Shown one piece after another: positions 1-11,353 of a stretch of DNA of 20,000 bases. This DNA is from Catajapyx aquilonaris (Eukaryota): the NCBI GenBank assembly GCA_000934665.2, contig JYFJ02001629.1:54042-74041 (forward strand), given 5' to 3'. Below the pieces are notes generated by a model. That model did no database searches. It had not been told where the DNA came from and saw only the letters and a program-made list of their open reading frames with translations. The position numbers were made by a program, and so were the translations under genes. How positions within the stretch are numbered: position 1 is the first letter of the stretch; every line of letters begins with the position of its first letter.

Positions 1-3000
1 AGCCACCAACGTTCATTGACTTTTTAAGAGGAGGACTTTGCTGTTAAAAACCCCGCACCTGCTATATTATTTCATCAGTCAACCTCAGAAACTCCTTGAG
101 GATATAATCCGCCAGTGCCACTCCTTCATCATAAACTTTCATAAGTGACAAACTCAGTCGGGGGAAGAGAATCCCACGTGACTTATTAGCTGTCATCCTC
201 AAGCACATTTCGCGACAACAACATATTTCGCGCCTCTCGCTACCTTGACCCTTAAGTATTGAACCCAATCTGCTCAGGTTTAACTGATTTATTACGCTGG
301 AAATAACAGACGCAATCAGTCCATTTATTTAAGTAATCAGTTATTTGTTAGTAGCAAAATATTCGTCACTGCCTGTTGCCCAGTGTCTTATGAGTAAATG
401 AATAAAAACCCTGACCACAAAACGTAGCCTTGAACTTAATCACCAGGTCCTATGTGATATCCTGTGTCACATAAAAAATTCTCAGAAGCAACTCGAACCC
501 TATCTTTTATTTTTTTTTACACGCGGAGTATACTCATCCCATGAAAACGAAACCAGGAACATGAGAGTGAACCGAACACCTCAGGAATACACTATTACGA
601 TCCGTATTCAGTTCATGTCTCGGCCAATCCTGCTGCTGTCTATGGCTGCCCAATGCGCTATAAAATATTCACTAAAATTAATTCATATGAAGCTATTTTG
701 ATATTGATCACAGTTATTTTTTTTCTGAACGGCTAGTTGCGTCAAAAATCGCTGTTTTAACTCGACCTCTTGTACTATACGTGACTTTGACTCCGCTTGT
801 TCCGCAGACAAAGTGGCGGAACTAAATCGGGTTACGTACGCCCCTGTGCAAGTTCGGGATTGCGTGTCATTGGTGATTTATCCATATGCGGAGCCAAATG
901 TAACCCTAGCATTTAATCAAGATTATGGCTTCCCCCCCAAAATCCTCTCAATTTGCGGCGCAAATTGACCCCGCCAGCTTGGGTCTGAAATAATTTCTCG
1001 GGAGATGAAAAATTAATCCGGTGGTTGATGCAATTGTCCTGTATATTAGCAACCAGATCCAGTTCTAAAATGGAAGGGGATTAAAATTATTCTGCAAAAA
1101 AGTTCGCAGCTGCGGTTCAAATACTGAACTTCACAAACTGACTAGATAACTTTTGAATGTAATATACAGCTGTTCATATATTTTCTCGGAGCAATATCAC
1201 AAGATTTATGCTCTTTGGCACAATCAGTTCCATATATTTTCCTGAGATAATATTTTCGGGCCTGGTAGGAAATATATGCAGAAACAAAGCGACACTTTGC
1301 GAATTCTGATTTTAGCAACCCAACATCTGCTTTTGACAAAAGGGTCCAGTTTCGAGACCAGGACTCCGGTAAATTCAGGGCATTGCGATAATGGTGATGG
1401 CTGCCTGGAGTAACAAAAGGCAGAAAGGCAGTGTGTGTAATAATAATGGCCATTGTGACCATTGCTATGCAGAATGGTCCAGGATGCTTCTGCTGCTGCG
1501 TCTCGAAACATGTCATTTGCATCGGGGATGTACCCAACTGTTTCAATTCAGACCCACGCTTGAAGGGTAACACTCGACTCGACTCGGATTATAATTTTAG
1601 CATAATTGCACTTTAACTAGTTGCAAATGAAACGAGTAATGGGAGTAACCCTGCCGATAAGGTGTCACATGCATGCGTCATTGCTGCTGTGTATTGACTA
1701 ATACCAGAGAGTGCTCGTCTTCTATAATAAATTCAACACTTTTTTTTACGGCTGGTATACACAGAGGTGTCATATTATATCTTAAAGAGTGAATTAGATG
1801 TGTAAAAAAAAGTTACAATCGTGGAGAGGTCGCAACCTTCACGTTTACAGAATACTAAGGGGTGAAAAAGTGTGGTTGTAAAAACCTGACGTTGGAAAAA
1901 GCACAGGATCTCCCCAGCAGTACCGGTAAAACTTCCTTTTAACGATTCCGTTTGAGCATCAGTCTATTTCTAGTTTGCCATTTCGGACTCGGGTTTTACG
2001 GCGTCCGTCAACATCAGGTCGGCGATAAATTTTCTCATTTTTTCCCCCCCTCACTTTCTCATGTCTTCTTTTTTTTCCATTGTCACTTCCGTACAATATG
2101 TTCAACAGATTTGGTGGGCTTGATGGCCGCTTCAAAACTACGTCTGTTTCCAACCCCAGAAAATGATACAATGCGCAAGTTAAACCTGGATTAAACCGAT
2201 TTACGCAGCTATATGTATAGTCTTGGAATTACTATAAGCTGCGTCAGATGGAAGCGCACACGGTTATGCACGTAAATCTAGTTAATGATTTTATAATTTA
2301 TTTATGTGGAAACATGAAGCAGAAAACCAGTGCAACGTCCTATATTTCAAACTTCCGCCAGTTCCCTGAACTGACGTTGTATTTGTTTTGCTTAAAGTCT
2401 GCGATGTGGCGCGTAAATTTGGAGGAACCAGCAAAAAAAAAATGGAGGTTGGCTGAACACACTGTAAGTTATAGTACACCAAAAGAGGGTCTTATCGGCG
2501 TATGCATTGCAGCGTCGAGTCGTTTCCAGCCGAGCATGAGCTGGTGGGTAACAAGCATGTTTTTCCACCCCTCAGTGAGGGTGTATAGTACACATAATAA
2601 TAGTGCACTGCTTGCCGAGGCTTGGAAAACCTCAAGGCACAAAATGTTTACAGGCGTGTTCTACAGTGCAGACCATGATGCTGCTTACAACCATACATAA
2701 TGCAGGGTCGTAAATGAAAACGCTCAAAGGTGTAAAGCTAACAGTTTTGCAAGCTAATAACCTGCTTTATTATATGAGGTAAAGTGATTGTTGGGACCTA
2801 CAGTACTAACTAAATTAAAATGCTATTCAAATGTTCAGTTGGAACTTTCTGCTAATTTGTAAAAAAAAAGTCTGATGAAAATGTCAGCATACCGCAAAAA
2901 AATGTGGCGTAATATGCAAAGTGACGCACATTTTTATTTCATAAAGCAAACAGAGCAGGAAGATGTAACGTGATGTCGGACACGAACGTGACCTGCCACA

Positions 3001-3039
3001 TACACACAGCAGTATCGTGCCAAATGCTATGGTTTTATA

Positions 3040-3091
3040 CAGGATGTTTCATAACCAACTTTAGTCTGCTTAATAATTATGGGACACTCTG
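3040..3091. mobile_element. Possible minimal Tc1/mariner-type MITE remnant (52 bp)
   Basis: TA|CAGGATGTTTCATAA ... TTATGGGACACTCTG|TA. The ends match 11/15, both resemble the CAGGGTGTCCC-type Tc1/mariner terminus, and TA is present on both sides. Confidence 0.45.
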
Positions 3092-4797
3092 TACCATGAT
3101 GTGGACAGGAAGCACCTGTCCCCCTGAACGCTCGAGTGGCTTCGAAGTTCCCCTTGACCAGAAAACCGTCCCATTTTGGGAGCCACGCTGAAGGCTTGAC
3201 CACTTAGCAGGAAACCGAGTTAACATTCTGTCCTCTCCAAGTCCTAGGGATTTTTGCATAAGTCTGACCCATCATCATCCCGTCTCCCAATTTCACTTCC
3301 AGGGCAGGTAACCAGCATTCATTTGATCCTTGATGAGACACGCATGCAGCGCAGACCAACTCGACCAATCCTTATCGGGCTCAGCTCTCCACATTTAGTC
3401 TAGTTACGAGCTAAACTCTGAATTGTAATAAATTATTCATACTATAGTTACTCTTATGAAATTTTGAACTTTAAAAAAAGAATTTAAAGAAACTACGGTA
3501 AGGCAATAGGTGAATAAATCCATGTCATTCACGGTAGTGAGCCTGCCGTGCTTTATTGCACTCTTTGATTGAAAAAAAACCCCTCCCGATTTATTAGGGC
3601 TTCTAATTAGCGGATCTAATTGGAGCCCTCCTCTTAGCGCAATGAAGCCAGATTTTCCAGGGGTAATCGACTCACGTCACTCGGATGGCTCTTAAAAGCC
3701 ATTTTCTTTTCGCCTTCAGGAGAGCAGAAAGAATTAGTCCAATCCCCTCTCTGCACAATCGCATCTCTACTATAATAGGCCCCTAGAGGCTATTACATGT
3801 CAGATAGTATGCCAAAAAAAAACATCGCAGATTTTGTCGAGGACCTACCTTGCATAAGTTGGCATTGGCGATCAAGGTTTTCTTACATGTCCACTATATT
3901 GGCCCACCTCCAGGTTTTCGGATCCTAAAATTAAAACTCGTCCCATGTCTATATAATTTTCCTCCAACTAACGGATTGATATAGACGGACGTGTACACTG
4001 CGTCACTGGCATTGTGCCCTATGGTGTGTAAGTACATCAGTATACAGAGCGAAGTTTTGCACAAAAAAAGGCATCATGTGACTTCCTTCCGGAATCGTCT
4101 TATAGTACTTGCCAAAATGTTGCTGGCGGGCTAAGATTAGAGTTGAGTTAAGATTTGGGGCAAGGGCAAACATGCTTTGAGATTACTACCAACTGGCCCG
4201 GATCCACCCAAATCTATTGTCCAGAGAGACATTTTTACAAATAGCTGGAAAATAAATAAAGAAAAAGCAACTAACGAGTGGGAGTGTACCGGTGCATGGC
4301 AGACAGCAGAAAAGTGGTTGCGGTTCCACTGCATTACGATATTTCAGGGCGATACAATCTGAATGGGAGCCATTTTGTTGGCTGGAGCAACTAACGCGAG
4401 AAAACACACGCTAGCACAGAGAGAACAAAACTGGCACAACATGAGAAAACTACTGCAGTGAGTTGATCTCATGGAAGCAGACAGTTATGCTGCTGTTTTT
4501 TGAAAAATAAAAAAATTCAACAACAGAGTGAAGACGGTAATTTTTTAACACACATAAAAGGCGGCTTAGATATCCATTTTAACGACGGGAAGAGCAGGTG
4601 AAGTACTGTTGGTTTCAGAGTACCACGCAAGCTATATAGCTGTCGTTAAACCAAGTTATATCATCTCCTGCTCAAATTGCTATCCAGCAGTTTACGACTG
4701 AATTAATTTATTTTCCAGCACATGATAGGCTTCCTCCCGTGAGCGAAAAACTATATAGTAAACAAGGCTTCATATATTGAAGGCTTCATATTATGTA

Positions 4798-5286
4798 CAG
4801 GGTGGTTCACTATTTCTTCGAGCAACCAGAGCTTGAGATACAAACAATAATAACCTGAGTGAAAGCTGGCTGGATGCATTATCATAAATTAGATTTTATA
4901 TGCTAGTTCTTCTCAGCGTGACAAATATTTTCATGCGGGTTTTTATATTTAAAAATTCAGTATGGCTTGGAAAACACTTCAAGAGATTGTGATGTAATTG
5001 CGAGTGCTTGGCAAACAGAAGAAAAATGACAAAAGCCTGTGCTTCAAAGAAAAAATAATAGCATAATTGGAAGAAACGTTTCATTTATCATTCTCTCTAA
5101 AAGTGGTACTCGCGTTGTGCTGACCTTTTGAAAAATAATTTTAAGCCGGATTACTCAAGAACTTGCTGGGTTTTGCCCATCAGCGCACTGGAAGTCTACA
5201 GATGCCACATTTATTTATTTTTTTAAATCAGGTTTTTGGAGCGAACATTCCAAAACTTTTACCAATTGAAGTAGTACATCACCCTG
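4798..5286. mobile_element. Possible old Tc1/mariner-type non-autonomous element
   Basis: Left TA|CAGGGTGGTTCACTATTTC (4798-4816) vs the reverse complement of 5268-5286, CAGGGTGATGTACTACTTC: 15/19. The right flank is TT rather than TA. Confidence 0.35.
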
Positions 5287-6260
5287 TTCATGACACCATT
5301 TGTCCCTGGCTGCACATCTAATTGAAAAGAGGTCCCCTTGGTGCCCCCCGATCCGGCAATATAATTGAGCCTCTCGTTTAACTACCGTGATGCGATCAGT
5401 GTCAGATTAAAAGTGAGAGATTTGTTGGCACCACCAATGGAGACAGCACTATTTTTCGGGTGACATTCGGCCACCAAAAACGGTTTCAGATGTAATTGCG
5501 CGGATATTTTTGCCTCGAAACTAATGACTGGGAAATTACTACCATATCCAGTCGTCAGCATCTATTCACACTTAGTTTAGGCATGAAAACCGAGTCTATC
5601 GATCCCCTGGGGGGTTTTCCGCGGAGCAGAGATTTCCTTTTTTTTTACGGGTTGTGGGCATTCCCCTGGATTGGCCCGATCTAATTACCGCCCATTTGAA
5701 TTACGGAAACGCCGGTGGAAAGACACCGCTCGTCTGTTTTGGCCCGTGTAAATGGGCCTATTTTTGCTGTTCCCTTGCTGGAAGCGGTTTCAAACCTGAG
5801 ACAGCACAGCACAATTTAAAAACATAATGTGGTTTCATGACAGAAAATCCCAGACCAGTTTTGTTCATCCCGACACAAATAACAATCTCACGCAATGTTT
5901 TGACGAAAATGTAATGTTTCTGTTGCTGGCTAAAACAGCGTAACAATGTAAACAGAAGGCTGGTTGTTCACACGGGAACAAATTGGGCACAAAGCAGGAC
6001 GAAACATCCTGGAACATATTATACAATATACAAGTAATTAACGCAATTTTGTCAGAAAAAACTATGCACTTATCCGCCAGAAATTTTTGACATAATATCT
6101 GCGTAATATAAAATTAAAGCCCTTAATTTTATGTTTTTGGCGACGCACGGATACTCCGCACCAGGATAATCGGGAGTACAGTGTTCCATTTTTATTATGT
6201 TCTTAAGGATTCATTAATTTTATTGTGTTGTTAAAAATTCATCGACTTTCTTATTATAAG

Positions 6261-6457
6261 AGAGTGGAAATGATTAAGAGCCGAAGTGCCAGAATCTCAC
6301 ACTAAAATTATTACCACGTGAATATGAATATTTATGTGGCAGTTATGGATGCCCATATCCATTACAGGCGACAAAATTAATGTGTTAATTAATTAGTGCA
6401 TAATCTTTAAAAAAAGATATATTTTTTGCCACTTAGGCCCTTTATCATTTCCACTCT
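6261..6457. mobile_element. Decayed foldback/MITE-like element (~200 bp)
   Basis: Terminal inverted repeats 6261-6294 (AGAGTGGAAATGATTAAGAGCCGAAGTGCCAGAA) and 6424-6457 match at 29/34. Weaker inverted similarity continues inward (CACTAA/TTAGTG; ATGGAT/ATCCAT near the centre). Confidence 0.65.
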
Positions 6458-9400
6458 TCAGATTTTGGACATTCGAGTCATCAAGATGATCCAAAAAAAC
6501 TGACGCCTGTCTGACAAAAGCACTTTCTTTCACGTACTCGCAGCATCCCAAATTTGTTATGATCTCCAGGAAGAGCGTGTCAAGCTTCAGTACAGTCCAT
6601 ATATATTATATATATATTTTTTGCGTGTGTATGATGCCATGGTTCCTTTTTTTTTGGGGGGGGGGGTTCCAAAGAGGCGGTAGAGATGCAGTGCACCCCG
6701 CCGAGCAAATCCATTTACGCTAGCAAAAATCCAATCCTTTCCCTCCAGGACACAAAAGCTTGCTTTCCATACTTCCCTCCCCATTGAAATCCCAGGTTCT
6801 CTTGTCCACTCGCCAAAAAAGAACTCCATGCCTTCGCACTCCAGGATTTTTGTGGCCCGTAGAAGAGGATAGATAATAGCAAGGAGAGAGAAAAAAAATG
6901 GAGAAGCCACTGAAAAGAGGACCACTCTATATAGTAGGTAGAGAGAGAGCACACACAATATGATGGGTTAAAAATTAACTGGCAGCTGTCAGAACATGGC
7001 TCACGTAATTAGAGGAATTAACACAGGTTTTTCGCATAAGTGCATGTGATCAAAATGCCCCCTTTTTGCAAGGCCGTTTGAATATTTTCGACGCCCGGAA
7101 ATGAGTTTTGTCATAACGCAGTTTACTTGGATTAAACCACTTGGATGATTACAGGTATTACGCCCCCGTCAAGTTCATTTGTTTTCGAAATTTTGTTTTC
7201 GACATGTTGTGCAGCTGCAGTGTCTGGGAAATTCGGTATCATACTTAATATTTTGTATACAGTATATATAAAAAAGAGTATCCTTCCTTATGATAACAGC
7301 TCCAAAAATGGATTTGACAAATCGCGAAGCTTAAACCAACAACATGATTTTTTCCTTAGGGGAAAACCACAAGTTTTTGAGCCCAGCAAATCCTGTCAAA
7401 AGCATAGACATTATAAGACTGGCATCCTGGAAGTCAAAGCTCTTAAGCTCTCAATCCTATTACGATTCCGGGTATTTTTTAAAATTCACTCTTCCGGTCC
7501 GGTCGACACGCTTTTGCCATTTTCCTAACTGCCTAAACTGTAGTTAGTGGATTAACCCAAGTTTCTCAAGCAGCATCACGCTCACTAACGGACACATTGT
7601 GTAGCCAACTTCTTCTGCACATTTTTTTTTCCTTTCCAAAAGTTTCCGCCAATCGTTGGGTGTTCGTGAAGTGACGAGCATGTCGCTGCTAGTTACGTTT
7701 GCTTCACCGAACAGATGTAGTTCTCAGCTTGTCAACAACACTTTTTTTTCGTTTTTAGCAGAAAAAACCAGTGCGTGCCAAGAAAAGCGTTGAAGAAAAA
7801 AAAATTTAACTGGCGAACACATGTCACTTCCAGACAACCAACGAAGCGAACCGCGATTATTTTTTAAGGCCAAAAGTGACCGGATAAATCGCAGCTATAA
7901 GGCAGAAAAATAGCAGTTTTTTCACAGGAATAGCATTTCTCGTTCAATTCAATGTAACAATGCGTTCTGAAAATTCAATTTCTTTTGCTAGTTGCACAGA
8001 AACGAATTCAACTCTGGTCATTAAGATTTCCGGAGTTGACTGACCTCGTCGTGTTAATCGTGCAAATTCTTTTTTTTTTTGCCAAATAGAGTAGGTCAGT
8101 GTTGGCGTGTTTAACAGCAGTTTGCGCTGGTTAATTTTTGCGCGGAAATGGAGCAGACAAGCTTATTTGTTTAGCTGGGCTCAGTTTGTGTAAAGTGTTC
8201 ATAAAACGCTGGGAAACATTCGCTAACTATTTCACTAAAAGTGGATCAAATTATTATCGAGTGTACTGCCTGTAAAGTGTGATTAAACTAATTAAAATAT
8301 CAGAGTAGAGTCAGGGTTTGTCCGAAAACTTTTTGATGTGCAGTATACAGTCGTAATTGTTGACTCTCACGTCTCGAGTTACACAAGAGTAATTTCACAC
8401 GTTCTCGAGCAATTATTTCCATCCGGAAATCTATATTTTCTTGAAACCTTTGGCGTCATCAGAAAGTTGGCCGAAAAGTCGGGCATTTTCAAAGTCAGCA
8501 AAAGAACGCAAACTTCTCTCGGGATGTATGCAAAGCGAATTCTTGATGTTTAACTTTGGCGTTTGAGACCCTTTGGTGCGAATTAGAAACTCAGAACCCA
8601 TTTTTCACTTTTTTCCCCCCGTTTTTGTCTGAATAAGGTTCAGCTGTGCGTTTCAAGCCAGATCTTGCGTACACACACTGAACAAACCGAGTGGAGGCAA
8701 CGAAACTTCAATATTCATTGCAGTCAATTGTTGTGTTAGTTACACACGAGAGCGAGAGAGCCCCCTATTTACCCAGCAGCATCCCCGGAATTTCATCATA
8801 GAAATGCCAAAAAAAAATGACGCCCGACCAATAAATATTTGTCCTTCGCATATAAATTCTGCGCACCTATAACACACAGAATGTTGGCAATAAAATCGCA
8901 AATTTCCTCCATCCAGAAGCCTTGTGGGGTTCAAAAGGCTGCAGTACAATAAGCTTGAATATTCGATACCTAATTTGAGCAAGATTAATCAGTATGATCT
9001 GCCACAAAAGGCGATCGCTTTGATTGTTCATTAAATAGGAATTACTGGAAATCTAAAAGCTCATTTGATCGTACATAATCGACCATAATAATCCAGATAT
9101 TTTATTGGGGCAACAGTACTGCGACAATTCGCACTTATTCTCGACAATAAACTATGCAACATTTGGTCCATTGTTACAAAATAATTGTTGAATCAGTGGT
9201 ACTGCCCAATATTTATTATTTTTTTTTTTTAAAAAAAAAGAGCAGCTAATTTTTAAACGAACGCTATCGAGTTCGCACCACAGTTCGCGCAACGTGCGCC
9301 GTTGGCATTACCAACTCACTGCACTTTTATTTCCAACGCTACGCTTGGGAAGGGGAACAAAATGGGCGACGTTTACGACGTTGCCAAGGCTCTGGAACGA

Positions 9401-9529
9401 ACCTCAGAGGCTACAGGTGCGAATTTTGCCCCTGAGGAGTAAACTCTGGCAACACTGTTGTCGCAACAGAATGGAGCTGCGCGAGTGTGGGTGCGCACTC
9501 GGTTGCGCTCGTAAACAAATTCATATTCA

Positions 9530-9555
9530 TCCTACATAATATCTGATCTCTGCAG
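9530..9555 (+). other. Probable 3' splice acceptor preceding the first coding exon (exon begins at 9556; upstream non-coding exon(s) not located)
   Basis: ...cctacataatatctgatctctgCAG|G at the transition from AT-rich to GC-richer sequence, 39 nt upstream of the first ATG. The pyrimidine tract is only modest. Confidence 0.65.
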
Positions 9556-9561
9556 GTATGA

Positions 9562-10698
<1,137 letters not shown>

Positions 10699-10829
10699 AT
10701 GGTATAGGGGCAAGCTAACCGCATCTTGCTCTAATCCTCTCGACGCAATCCGGGCTACTCCGCATAATTGAGTATTAAATATTACAGACGGAGTTGCAAT
10801 ACTGAGGCTCAGAATGTGGTCATTATATA

Positions 10830-10955
10830 CAGGGCGTACACTTTAATATAAATCACTTCATTAAGGTGCGCAATATCTTGGCAATGAAACGTCTGCAACA
10901 TGGGCCAAGAAACTCATTAAATTCCGAAGGACTGATACCAACTGTATACGCCCGG
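10830..10955. mobile_element. Possible short Tc1/mariner-type remnant
   Basis: TA|CAGGGCGTACAC (10830-10841) vs the reverse complement of 10944-10955, CCGGGCGTATAC: 10/12. The right flank is TT. The match is short and could be chance. Confidence 0.25.
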
Positions 10956-11152
10956 TTCCAACATGTGTCATTAAGACTGAAATGGCATTAATTAATCAAC
11001 CCAAAATATCACCACGGATATACTGCAGCTAACGTCAGATTAGTTTCGACGATTCTCTCCTCATTCTTGCTCCAAAATCCTCGTGTTTGGCCACAATATT
11101 CAGACGAGATTTTTATCACTTTCATTAACGGCCCACCTGAATGGAACTCATC

Positions 11153-11353
11153 AATTACTTCCCCCCCCCCCCCTTGCAAGAAAGGCATCCCCCCTCCCAC
11201 CAATCGAATTACCTCTTTTTTCCTATCGTATAATAACCTCTCTCCAAAATTTTATAGCCCTCGAATCATCCTTTCCCCACCTTCAAACAATATCCGTCTC
11301 CCCAACAATGACCTCAAAAAAATGATCGACCTGGCACCTCTTTATGACTCCCC
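11153..11353 (+). repeat. Degenerate C-rich array of an AATNACCTC(CC)-like motif
   Basis: AATTACTTCCCC 11153, AATTACCTC 11207, AATAACCTC 11232, AATCATCCTTTCCCC 11264, AATATCCGTCTCCCC 11289, AATGACCTC 11307, TATGACTCCCC 11343, with a strong C-over-G strand skew. Confidence 0.45.

Noticed and set aside
62..268. Minus-strand ORF with a helical-looking tail (VYDEGVALADYILKEFLRL)
   Set aside because: No family recognised, non-ATG start and no clear exon boundaries.
1142..2700. ORFs of 143 aa (-) and 150 aa (+) and their neighbours
   Set aside because: No recognisable domain or convincing splice-bounded exon; lengths are compatible with chance. BLASTX would be decisive.
3290..3314. ttcacttccAG|GGCAG|GTAACC, a possible 5-nt microexon
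   Set aside because: Such AG/GT juxtapositions arise by chance and there is no supporting evidence.
3597..3630. Small hairpin with paired TAATTA/TAATTG homeodomain-like sites; other small hairpins at 2203-2244 and 18504-18531
   Set aside because: Stems are short enough to be expected by chance in 20 kb of AT-rich DNA.
4764..4791. Direct repeat AAGGCTTCATAT x2
   Set aside because: A simple local duplication, not an array; no CRISPR-like repeat-spacer structure was seen anywhere in the window.
8095..8340. TCAGT Inr-like words and AAAGTG-rich sequence suggestive of an arthropod promoter/5'UTR exon
   Set aside because: The motifs are too short and common, and no clear donor was found; needs CAGE or RNA-seq.
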